64,000 nucleotides of DNA from Lingula anatina (Eukaryota > Animalia > Brachiopoda): the NCBI GenBank assembly GCA_051362555.1, contig CM120644.1, positions 9,122,954-9,186,953 on the forward strand, given 5' to 3'. Under the pieces are notes generated by a model. That model was given only the letters and a program-made list of their open reading frames with translations. It ran no database searches and was not told where the DNA came from. Of the stretch, positions 52,530-64,000 are shown in pieces. Position 1 is the first letter of the stretch. Every line of letters begins with the position of its first letter. A program made the translations under genes and the position numbers.

Positions 52530-55029
52530 CACGTCAGTGACAGGTTATGCATTATGAGTATAAATTCTTTTCACATATCGTATCTTATATGACTTATGGT
52601 GCTGAAAAACAAAATACCGATGCAAATGCCCATTTCTAACTATTTATTCAATTTTAGAACATGAACCCCCTTAAATCTGATGTTCTACAATGATTTCCAT
52701 ATGGTAAAAACGCCCACAAATGTGCACAAGATTAAAGGTAAGAACCACAAGTAAAAAACACGTTTTAAAAACAAAATGTCACTTTATATTTGTCCTATAG
52801 AAAGAACAAATAATGTACCTTTTATAAAACATAGATGCAAACAAATAATGTACCTTTTATAAAACATAGCGATGGTAATTGGGAAGAAGGTATCTCTCCT
52901 ATGTACAGCATGTACTCTTCATCATTAACGATGTTAATCCAATTACACATGTACATACGTTGGTGTCCGAATGCCTTTTTTTCTAATTATACCATGCTGT
53001 AAATCAACATTTTCTTTATTCAACTTAGAGGCAATTGCAAATAAAACGAGAAAGGATAGATTTCTTTACTTTCATTATAAGATAAAAATGGGAACACACA
53101 TGATGCCAGTTTTTGTCAGAAACTAAGATGTCCTCCCCACTCACCCGCTTTGAGTTGAGCTGTGAAATTACATTTTTGTTATCGTCTCAGACGGTTATAT
53201 GGAAAGCATGTCACGAGAAGAGAGAATGGCTTTTCACGTGTGGCATCACCTATACATACCTTATAATTTTCTTTTCTTTTGCAACGTCAAGAGAATTTTT
53301 TCACCACTTGTCTCCAGAGGTCGCTAAAAGTTTACATTGGTCACAGGGCCCCGTATCTCGAAGGCATCGCTGGTTGCGAGCGGGCGCAAGCATGGCGAAT
53401 CCTCGCTATCCCCAGGTCACCACATACAATATTTAGCAGGGTAAAGTGATAACACTGCTTACTAGGAAATATGCAGATATAGCATTATATGACGGTAAAG
53501 ATAAAGAATGGCAGTGTCGTAGGGGTAATAGCGCGACACTAATTTCAGAAGAAACAACCTCTTGCATTGTTGATCTGTGGGTTTCATCATGATAGCAACT
53601 TGGCAGCTTTTATTCTACACACGTCTGATTACAGCATTAACAATAATTGTATATGGAATTAACTCGATAACTATATACGCTTTACAAATCCTGCAAAACA
53701 TTTTACCACACACCTCCATATTACTAGGAGCCTATTCATATAAAAGGTGCAATGTTTTGCCCTCCCCTGTATCTCTGACACAAGGCAACTTTACCGTTAT
53801 GGAAATATAACTGTTAATATATAAATTAACTGCTGCTCGTACATAAAACTACAGAGATAAATAATGCCCTCAAAGATATCGTCATCGTCATGTAAGGGCA
53901 ACTGTCCAGAAAAGTTGTCCTTTTGTAATCCCTGTTATATGCTTAAAATTATTGTTTGTATTTAGGTAAACAGTGCTATTTAAGGCCGGTTAGTGGGGGA
54001 GCACTCTCCACCAGGTCGCCAGAAACAAGCTTCTCCAAGGTTGGACATTGCCAGCAAAAATATTATCTATAAAATCCATATTTTTAATGGTCAATCTTAA
54101 GATTTACATTAACATCAATATATCTCTCTAAGTAATTTTGAGTAAAGTCCTTTATTTTCCGAGACATGAAGGGTTGTTTTTATGTTACGTACGTATAGAC
54201 GGACAATATATACATGTGTAACTACATTTCACACGTGTATACAATTAATTGCAATACTTGATTGCATGCACGTACCTGCACTGCATATGAACTTCATATG
54301 AAATACAGTACAAAATGGTTCTTGGTGTAAATTACACATAGAAACTTATTCACTTAAATATCAAAAACAAATACTAGTAGGCAGAGGACTATTCAATACG
54401 CAAAACAATTATCTTAAAATAAAAAGGGCCTACAGGGATCAAACAAATACAGTGGGACGAAATTGAAATAATGAAGATCAACGACAAAACCAAAAAAAGA
54501 CAGCATAGAAGTAAAACTAACTTGCCAGTTAGTGGATAAGTATAACCTATGAAGTGAAAAATAAAACAAGTTGTGCTATGTTAGGCCAATGATTTCTTAG
54601 CCTATATACATGAAACTCAAAGCTGAGCTCGATGACTCTTTAAACATTGGTCATTTCTCATGAAGGATTTCATAAGGTGCCAATCTATAAATGCTAAATG
54701 TCATTTTTAGTCTAGTTAATGAAATATGACAGTCAGTCGAGGTTTTGGTCGTGAAATTACTCCAAAACTGACATTAACTTTAGAATAATGCAATGAACAA
54801 ATAGGATTACTGTGACATTATACACTTCAATAATTTGGGCAACAAAGAGGCCTCAATGATACATGATTATTAAATCAATCAGTCCATTCATGTTGATTGA
54901 TTTGAGACCCCTTCAATGACAAAATCAATTGAAATAATGTCAATTGCATACAAACAGAAAGAGATAATAAGATAATTAAACCAATTCCAAAAACAAACTA
55001 ATAAAAGGAGACAGAATGAATTTATAAAC

Positions 55030-56918
55030 TTAGCACAGTCCGCACTCGTTAAAGAGTAATGCAAATACATTATTCCATTTTAGTACTGGAATATAACTTT
55101 TCCTAGCACATTTGTGAAAAGTGTCGTACAACCCCACGGTGCTTTCGTTGGCTTTCAAAATCTGTTGACCCGCTTCGTTTGCATGTGGCAGAAAAAAATC
55201 GACGTTGGAATCTCGTGGAATGAGGTCCAACAAAGCCTTGAAGAGAACCAGGGTTCCGATCGTATTTTCTGCATAGAGGGGTCCAAGGTAGAAACCGTTC
55301 ATAGCAGGCCTGATTGATCCGTAACCGGCTATCTTTCCCTTCTCCAACAAGACGAGCGTTTCTGCCGTTGTTTGGCCAAGCCAAATCTTCAGCATTTCCG
55401 GTCTTGGTACCACGTGGAATGACGTATCATATTCAATGAGGTCCGACAGTTCAACTTGGCGCAGGTCAGATAGATGGTATTTGCGTAAGGCATCCGGTGG
55501 AAGAGGGATGTCCTTGAAGACGCCGAAATATTTTCCTCCCGTGTCTCCACGAGAGAGCGGAGCACCGTTGTATCTTTCATATGTATCTATCATGTACGAA
55601 ATGGAACTAAAATGAATATTTCTTTCGCCATATTCCTCTGCAATGTTTCTCAGTATTTGTCCCCCTACAATGAAATAAAACCACAGGAGAAAATCAAAAT
55701 ATTCTTTCTGTTAGCAGTATGTATACTATAAGAACTAACTATAACAGCGCATTCAGAACACGCTGATATACGGACTTACACATCTGCGGAGCAAATATAG
55801 TAGACCCACTTGAAAGTAAGGCCTCCTAATCCTCTTATGGTCTCATCGGCTCCCCACGCGCCACACTCCACAATTTAACAGATTAAACTCTAAACAATAG
55901 AACACTTCGGTCTTCATTTCAAAATTCGCAATCATAACAAAATAGTTCTAGACTTTGTGTTTCGGTCATAATGCGGTTTATTGACACAAAGCTGAGATAA
56001 TTAAGCGAAGCTTAATTGTAATGGTAGCCATAACTATTTAAGAAGTTATTCTTTGTCTAACCAAGGAGTGTTATAACTCCTTGGTCTAACAGAATTCAAA
56101 TGTAGCTGTTAAAGAGTTGGCAATACCACCATATGTCATGTACAATTTGAAAGTGGAAAAATGGCGATATGTATAAACGTATATAACTTATATAGTTGAC
56201 TATTGGTTGGAAATGTGTTTTTACTGGAACTCGATTTAACGCTCTTACCTACACCATAACCGCGCATCTTTGGCGACACTATAAAGTGACCCCCTGTAGT
56301 CAGGTCATCATTAAAGTCGTGTGTCAAACAGCAACCTACAAATAAATTATCATCGTTAATACGGTATAAACTGTACCTAAAATAGAGATTGATCGTGTAT
56401 TCTATCCATGAGACATGATGTTTCAACCATTCAACATATCAATTTTTATCATAATTAACTCAGACAATAATACTCCCCCCCCAAAAAAAAAAAAAAATTA
56501 TAATAAATGAATAAATAAATAAACAAAAAAAAAAACATTACACGTGTAGACATTAATCAATTATTTGAGGGTAATGTTTGTAGAAATAATACTGACCCAC
56601 AACATTTCCGTCCTTTTCCGCGACAGTCCAGCCATTTTCACACATTTTGAAGAGGGTTTCAATCATGTCTTGATGTGTATTCCACATGGCTTCTTCTGAA
56701 AGTTGCCACACCCCAGGGACATCTTCTATTCTTCCTCGGCGTATAGTGACCCCTTGGATCCCCTCCGTGGTCGAAGTAATAGGACGCTGAAACACAGGTC
56801 TCTGTGTCCGGAGTCTGCAAAATGGATCTCCAACTAAGACCGAAGACAGAGGTTCATCGCTCACAGCATTGAAAAAGCGTGAAATCGTCACATGTCTTCG
56901 CACTGTATTACCAAACAT
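55030..56918 (-). CDS. Tandem-GNAT acyltransferase copy 9, 347 aa; join complement(55030..55664,56249..56335,56597..56918)
   Basis: Exons of 322+87+635 bp, GT-AG, open frame, motif KMRGYGVG. Confidence 0.85.
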
Positions 56919-57994
56919 TTCTGTTATCGTCGTTGACTAATTCTGGACTGCTGTATAGTCTAAAGTTCTTTAGGATATGGTCCACCTTTTTCAATCGATG
57001 GAATGCTACTAGTTTCTTCTTGTAGAGGTAAAAAGGAACTGGGCGTATACATGTAAGTGACCCGTACTCTCTTGCTATTCTACTTGTCATGCGGTCTATT
57101 CAACCAGGGTCTTTCTATAAATCGAAAGACTTTTCCGAACGTTGGGCATTCTGCCTACTCCCCCGCCTGTTGAATAACGAGTCACCCAACCATTTCAAAG
57201 CACAGCTCACCTGAAGTCAGGAGGCTACAATGCATTATAGGGGGCGAGTATGGGCGAGTTTTGGAATCGAGATACTTGCGCTCGGTCGCTTTCGGTTGCT
57301 TTCGAGTTACGGGGCCCTGATATCAACACTGGGCCGTTCCTCGGCTATTAGTATTTAAGAGTGCATTCCCATAGATTTAGATCGATCCATGAAAAGACTT
57401 TATACACAAATGCTTAAACCTGTGACAGCCGTGATGATATGCAAATTAATAATATTAGTTATAACAATTATAACAAAATACGATTATTGACGAGTTCGAT
57501 CTTTTAGTTGATCCTTTTTTTCATATAAAAATCCAAACCTGCATTCACAATCTAGTGACCTTGTAACAACAACTACAACAACAATAATAATAATAAGAAG
57601 AAGAAGAAGAAGAAGAATGGGTGACATTCTTTTTAGCCCCACTCAAATCCAGAATGAATTCTGTCAAATTCCAGAATTATTGTGAAGATAGATATTTTTG
57701 TCATAAATCACCTGACAGGTAGCTTGAGTGAAGGCTCTTAAAGTGAACCGGTTTTATGACAAGGGATGTGGTTAAATTGGTCATGTGACATATTTTATCC
57801 AGCGCAGAGCACTTGTATTCTAACCTATACATCGCTGAGATCGGTATCGTGCTAGAACCTGAAGGATTGTCAGAGGTTGAGGTTGGTTTAATATCACTCT
57901 CATCCATTGCAGCTAAGTGGAGCATTCCCCTTGACAACTATAAAATATTATTAAGTTATCGGAGATTAATATTACTCAACAACGTGGACAGAGG

Positions 57995-59307
57995 ATGTTT
58001 ACACGAATGATCAGAAAACCTGCGGTATTTTCTCGCCTTTTCAGTAGACTGCTCGATGAACGCCCATCGTTGGAAAAAGTAGTCCCTTTAAGTCGCAGTC
58101 TCGACCAGCACAGACCCGAGTCTCAGCGTTTCTTTACTTCAGACAGAGAGGGGAGTCAAGAGGTCACTATACGTCGAGGAAGAATGGAAGACGTCCCTGG
58201 AGTCTTGAAACTGACAGCGGAGGCCAAGTGGAATATTCATCAAGATATGATTGAGACCCACTTCAAAATAAGTGAAAATGGCTGGACCGTTGCAGAAAAG
58301 GAGGGAGATATTGTGGGTGAGTTTTTTTTTTTCTTAAAACATTGCACTCAATTGCAAATTACTGATTGACTGCATGATCTTATTCCCACGGCTAAATGGT
58401 TTTGTTTTTTCTTTATATATTCTTCAAAACTACTTATTTTCCCCTATTCATACCTTTAAAACTAAAGGCCCCTCAGATAAAAGTACCTGGCGTCCATAAA
58501 GGAATTAAATTAACACAAATACAATATAAATCACCTAAAACACATTAAAATATACAGAAATGCACGTCATTTTAAATTATTTATTTTAATTTAATTAAAT
58601 CATTCAATTTAAAGTGGGATATAACATTCGAATCTAAGTCCAGCGACGCGTCGATCACTTATGCCTATAAGTATGATAAAATTGTTTTTTTTTTTTTTCG
58701 ATGCAAATGCATTTTTAGTGGCTCAAGCTGGCAAAGAATACCTTTTTATAAATATAATTAAAAATTGATATAAAAAGAAAGTCCAAAGTCACATTCGCGG
58801 GTAGAAAGAAAAATTAAGTCTCTTTGAAAAAAATACCTTTTACCAACTTTATTTTAATAATCATTATCTAGTAAAAACCTGCTCTCCACTCGCCAAACTA
58901 AAAGCTGGGTCTTCCTAGAACATTGCAACTGGAGAATTCAGGCCCGTAGCCAGGGTGGTTCGGGGGGTTCGAAAGAACCGCCCCTTTTGCTGGGAAAAGG
59001 TCCACTCTGGGTAAAATTTGATATAGGTACAAGACGTTCATATGGGAAAAGGTCCACTTCTTCAGAAAAAGAACCCCGTTTTTGAAATTGCTGGCTACGG
59101 GCCTGGAATTAATGCACTTTAATATGAGTTCTGTAATTTTTTCGTGCTGACGTAATAGTTGTTAAATAAGATTATTGAACGTAAAAAATTAAATGTCAAT
59201 GATCTTAATTCATAAAACAATGGTTTGATAGACATTTCCGTCGTGTATGCAGAAGGTGATACCTACCAATACAACCCTCAGTAGTAATCATCTGTTCCGG
59301 TATATAT

Positions 59308-59347
<40 letters not shown>

Positions 59348-60741
59348 AAATATCTATGTTCTATTACAAGCATGCACTTAAAGAAACCGCATGGTTATGG
59401 GTTAAATATTAAAATTGCATATAGATTATGAGTAAGAAGTCTGAAATGATTGGTATTGTTAAGTGTTAATGTTGACTTGCTTTAGGTTGCCATCTGTCGC
59501 ATGACTTTAGTGATGGCCTGAAGACAGCCGGTCACTTTATAGTGTCCTCAAAGTTGAGGGGTCATGGTGTTGGTGAGTATATTATAGCAATTTCCATCAA
59601 AATCACATCTGAAGAGTCGTTTAAATTGTAAAATGCCGCGACATTTAATTGTGATTATTTATTTATAGATTTGTAGCAAGCATTGCTTTTAGTGACCCAG
59701 ATGTCGAATTACATCAGTTGCGTCGGGTGCGGAAAACTGAGGTGGGGTGGTACGGTTGGCACGTGTGTGATCCCTAGCAGAGTAACCATTTCTTCTTTAT
59801 CCCCCCCCCCCCACCCCATCGAAAAAAATATATATAAAGGGGAAAAAAGCAGCATAGAACTAAATCCAGGCAAATTCATATTGTCCATTCCCTGTTTTAT
59901 ATATTCGAAAGTCGTACAGTCCTGGCTCTTGTTCTCTGATTTACCCCGGTATTATGTTTTTATTCCAATGTTGTACTCCCATCCTTCCTCTTACCAACAC
60001 GCTGGATCAGCCAATAATTAACAAAAGTACATTTTATTTAAATTTTCTAACAGATGATAGGCCATAATTCATAGTGATTTTAACATGTACTTGAATATTC
60101 TTACAGGTGCGGAAATGATGATCAAGTATTTACAGGAATTTGGGGACAGGAATATTTATTCAAGCTCCATTTCGTATATGTTAGATACATATGAAAAGTA
60201 CTGCGGCGCCCCGCTTTCTAAAGGAGGCACGGGAGGAAAATATTACGGCGTTTTCAAGAACATCCCTCTTCCGCCAGATACGGAACAAAAATACCATACA
60301 ATTGACTTTAGACATATTGACCAGGAGGACCTCATTAATTATGATACGACATACCACGTGGTACCAAGACCGGAAATGCTGAAGATTTGGCTCGGCCAAA
60401 CAACGGCAAAATCGCTTGTTTTGTTAGAGAAAGGGAAGATAGCTGGATACGGATCAATCAGACCTGCTATGAACGGTTTCTACCTTGGACCTCTGTATGC
60501 AGAAAATACAGTCGGAACCATGGTTCTCTTCAAGGCTATGGTTGACCTCATTCCAAGAGATTCCAACATCGATTTTTTTCTGCCACATGCGAACGAGGCG
60601 GGCAGAGAGATTCTGAAGGCCAACGAAAGCACCGTAGGGTTGTACGACACTTTCCACAAATTTGCCACGAAGAGTTATATACCAGTGCCAAAGTGGAATA
60701 ATGTATTTGCATTACTCTCTAACGAGTGTGGATTGTGCTAA
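57995..60741 (+). CDS. Tandem-GNAT acyltransferase copy 10 (inverted orientation), 347 aa; join(57995..58316,59486..59572,60107..60741)
   Basis: Exons of 322+87+635 bp with GTGAGT donors and tttAG/ttacAG acceptors. Motif KLRGHGVG; ends CGLC*. Confidence 0.85.
58939..59105. mobile_element. hAT-like MITE in intron 1 of copy 10
   Basis: Perfect 15-bp TIR CAGGCCCGTAGCCAG / CTGGCTACGGGCCTG; the TSD match is only partial. Confidence 0.65.
59311..59343. repeat. (GT)n microsatellite
   Basis: Direct reading. Confidence 0.95.
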
Positions 60742-61501
60742 GACTATACATTATTCTGGTTAGTTGTATCATTTAAATTGGTTTATGGCCCAAATAAAGA
60801 AAGTGTAATTAACGACACGGTAGCTTACCTATTGTACATTTTAAATTTTGAGACCATATTTAAACAAATGCGCACACCTGTAGAATCATATTATCACAGG
60901 GCTAGTAATTAACTGTATGTAAAATGACAATACTTCTGAGTTTACTTGAAATGACTAATGATTAGAAGTGTCGTCGAGCACACTGTGTCTCTTAGACCCC
61001 ATGTCCAGAGATTAGATCGATCCAAACTAGATCGACCTGGGGGTTCATGCTAAATAGCTGTCAGCCGAGCGGGTACGAAAGTTAATTACCCCCTTACAGC
61101 TTGTGGTAGGCGGGACGGACATATAAGCCGGATTATCTGACAGTAATCTTGTGAGACTCCTCACGGGGAAGGATCGATCTAAAATCTATGGGAATACGCC
61201 TTTAGTGAGAGATAATTTCGAATTTTGATTTCCATGCATTTATTCGTTAATTTTGTAGGTCGGTTTTATGATGTAAGAATATCACCTAGAATAAACATTT
61301 GCATTTAAAATAAAACAATATTATGAACATCTTTTTTATTTTACTTACTGTTTAAATTCATAGAAAGAACAGTAAGTTATATACTAGTATGTACGGTGGA
61401 CTTGGGGGGATCGTGATGATGGCTGAACACTTTTGTTAACCTAACACTTTTGTTAACCTTAATACTATACGGCACCCGTGGCAAATGTAACTTGGGCTTA
61501 A

Positions 61502-62957
61502 AGGGTTTGCTTCATGCCGTCAGAATGGCCTGAACGGGACATATTCTTCAGAAAACATGCCCAACTAACGATATCTTTATCCAAATACACAAATTAAAAG
61601 CTCATTTTGTAAATTTTTGGCTTTAAAAAACGTCCTATTTGCTCGGCATGGGAGTTAATGAGCTACGTGGTCACGTGGTCCGATGACGACAATCGAGCCA
61701 CTGGAGAACAGAGCGTGCTTAGCTGTCAAACTGAGCTGCGTTGTCTACATGTAAGATGACTTCTCTGACTTCTGATAAAAGTTTATACTCATTCAAATCT
61801 CTTACCCGAGGGGTCTAAATCCTCGTGAAGCTGTGTAAAACCATTTCCCGTCTAGTCATTTCTTTAACAATCATTTCATTATGGTTATCCCAAGTTGTAT
61901 AAAACACTGCATTTGAATGAGTTAAGGGAAATGTTGATTATTGCATATGAGGTCCATGTTATTTGTGAAATTCAATTTATTTTATTAAACCGCTGACACT
62001 CCGTCTTGCATACTTTTATTAAACTGAGGTAAACAATGCCCGTTACCTTTACAAGTCCTATCTTAATCATCCATCTAACTGGAACTTCCTTTACCTCTTA
62101 ATTAGAGGGTTAAATGGCATTCAATTTGTCTTGCTTGTATCGAACGCACTCTCTATCTAAGCTTTTCTCCAGTTATCTCAGGTAAAAATCTACCTGTGCG
62201 TTAGTTACAAAGCGCAGCTCCCGTAGACCTGGGGGTACTAGATAAAATCTGAACACCAGGTTTATCGAGGAGCTAGAGAAAGAAAGGAAGAATTTTTCCT
62301 GCACAACTTCATAGGAATTTTAACACGGACTTGATCCAGCTTAGACCTCCAAACTAACAGGGTGACATGGGCAATTTTCACAAACAAATCATAAAACTAT
62401 ATATCAGTTAACCGCCTTTAAAATAAATATACCGTTCTGGGTAAATTAAAATAGTTATTAAATTGCAAGAATATTTTTGACTTAAATGATGATTTTATTA
62501 TTAATGGAAATAAAGCTACTATATGAGGTACATTTGCTGTGATTACGCTGTCCTTCATGTTTTGCGTAGGTCTACATTTTGCTGTATGTGCTTGTAATCT
62601 TTTTAAATATGTGCGTACAATTTTTGCAGGTCTGGTTACCCCCCTGTTATGTGATGAGAGTATTAATTTGGCAATTAGTTCCTTAGCTTATTTGAATAGA
62701 ATTGCAGTGTAAAATTTTCAACAAGATGTTGGCGAAATAGCCCATTACTCTTTGTAGGTATTTCCCCCGTCAAAGTTTGTCTAAAATTATCTTTCAATCT
62801 TTACTCTTTCAAAGACAGTATAAAGTTACCTGACATATTTTCGTGTAAACTTAACGACAAGCCAAGTGTCTCCAGTTCATTCCGTACTCAATTTTACCCA
62901 AGCAAATTTTTTTCTTGAGTAGATCTATATAGCACGGTGTTGTAAGCTTACAAATTT

Positions 62958-62992
<35 letters not shown>

Positions 62993-63980
62993 CGTACTGA
63001 CGCAGAATTTGCGTTTCAAGTTATAAAATGATCAATCTTTTAAATTATTTAATATTTCAGATGAAATAATCTTCAGAAACAAATCCTCAAAGCATAAACG
63101 AATTTGGATAACGAACCATTTTATTATAGCAGTTCCCAATTTTTCTTTAATATAACGCTCTTTTTCCTGTTTTTCCTCAACACGTTTTCTTCCACGGAAG
63201 CTTCAAGATACCCTGAGAGCAATTTCTTTTATTAATGTTCGCGACCGTGTTTGAACTTAATTGTTTAAGTATTGATATTTAACGTCATTTACAAATACCA
63301 ATAAAATAACCCCATGAAATAAAGGAGATATATTGAAAAATATCAAAGCCCACAAGACGAGTTTCATACCTGTTATTACCTGGCTTGGGAATTGCAGCGG
63401 TGCATAATTAACAGGTTTGTTGTAAACGAGCTTTTGGTCAACTACAATGCATTTAAAATGCATCAGCAATCAGTAAGTTTGCCAACTGACGACAGTTAAT
63501 CTGAAAGACTACCAGCTCTTGATATGATCTAAACCACCTGAGGTGACCATGATCTAGAGCATCGCAACTATTGTCACCGAAGTTAGTAAGTAAGTCACGG
63601 AAGACCGTCACAGACAAAGAAAGATTGTCAACGAGAGCTGCAATTTTGGTGAATCCCACGGCAACACACCGAGGCATAACGAAAATTCCTCAACTCCGTT
63701 CAACACAACTTTCATTAACTTCTCCGTCTGTACGCACCATGGAGCTCAGTTGAGTCTCATAGACCTTTATCGTGATTGTCGTCACAGTACCACGTGACCC
63801 AGATCTGTTGCTTCATTTTTGCATATTGAGGTGAGGTTTACTAAAACGCTTTTTTTCTACTAATAGATTGTTTTTATAATTTTTAAATGGCGGGGATCGA
63901 TTAAAACATACCTCTAGTGTATAGATTGAGTGCTGTATCTTCAAAATTCGAGAAATGGATTTTTACATGAACATTGTCCT
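61502..63980. mobile_element. Probable degenerate Kolobok element with THAP remnant
   Basis: TTAA|AGG...TTCATG-type termini at both ends (imperfect) and mirrored GGTCACGTGGT motifs at ~61669 and ~63790. The minus-strand MPRCVAVG...NCR...HF resembles a decayed THAP domain. Confidence 0.5.
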
Positions 63981-64000
63981 TTAAGAAAAGGGACTGGCGT

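Noticed and set aside
1409-60741. Bacterial contaminant or operon of GNAT genes
   Set aside because: Conserved GT-AG phase-1 introns, microsatellites and animal-type transposons show eukaryotic DNA.

Overview
AT-rich, intron-containing eukaryotic DNA, probably from an invertebrate animal (inferred). The window is dominated by a tandem array of 10 paralogous 3-exon genes: nine on the - strand and one on the + strand, head-to-head with the ninth. They encode about 345-aa double-GNAT acyltransferases resembling the YitH/holothin-acyltransferase-like family, with an Arg-rich mitochondrial-presequence-like N-terminus and a terminal CxxC (CGLC). Intact copies share exons of about 310-328, 87 and 635 bp with phase-1 introns. 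Six copies look intact. Two are broken only by homopolymer indels, one lacks its exon-1 splice donor, and one is an exon-3-only pseudogene. The array abuts the last exon of a convergent DUF885-family gene, and that exon was co-duplicated once. Introns and spacers carry a decayed Polinton/Maverick-type protein-primed DNA polymerase B fragment, a Crypton tyrosine-recombinase remnant, and many non-autonomous DNA transposons, often with matching empty sites in paralogs. There are also signs of inversion or conversion that swapped the promoter and N-terminus between copies. All family assignments come from motif recognition by eye, not from database searches.
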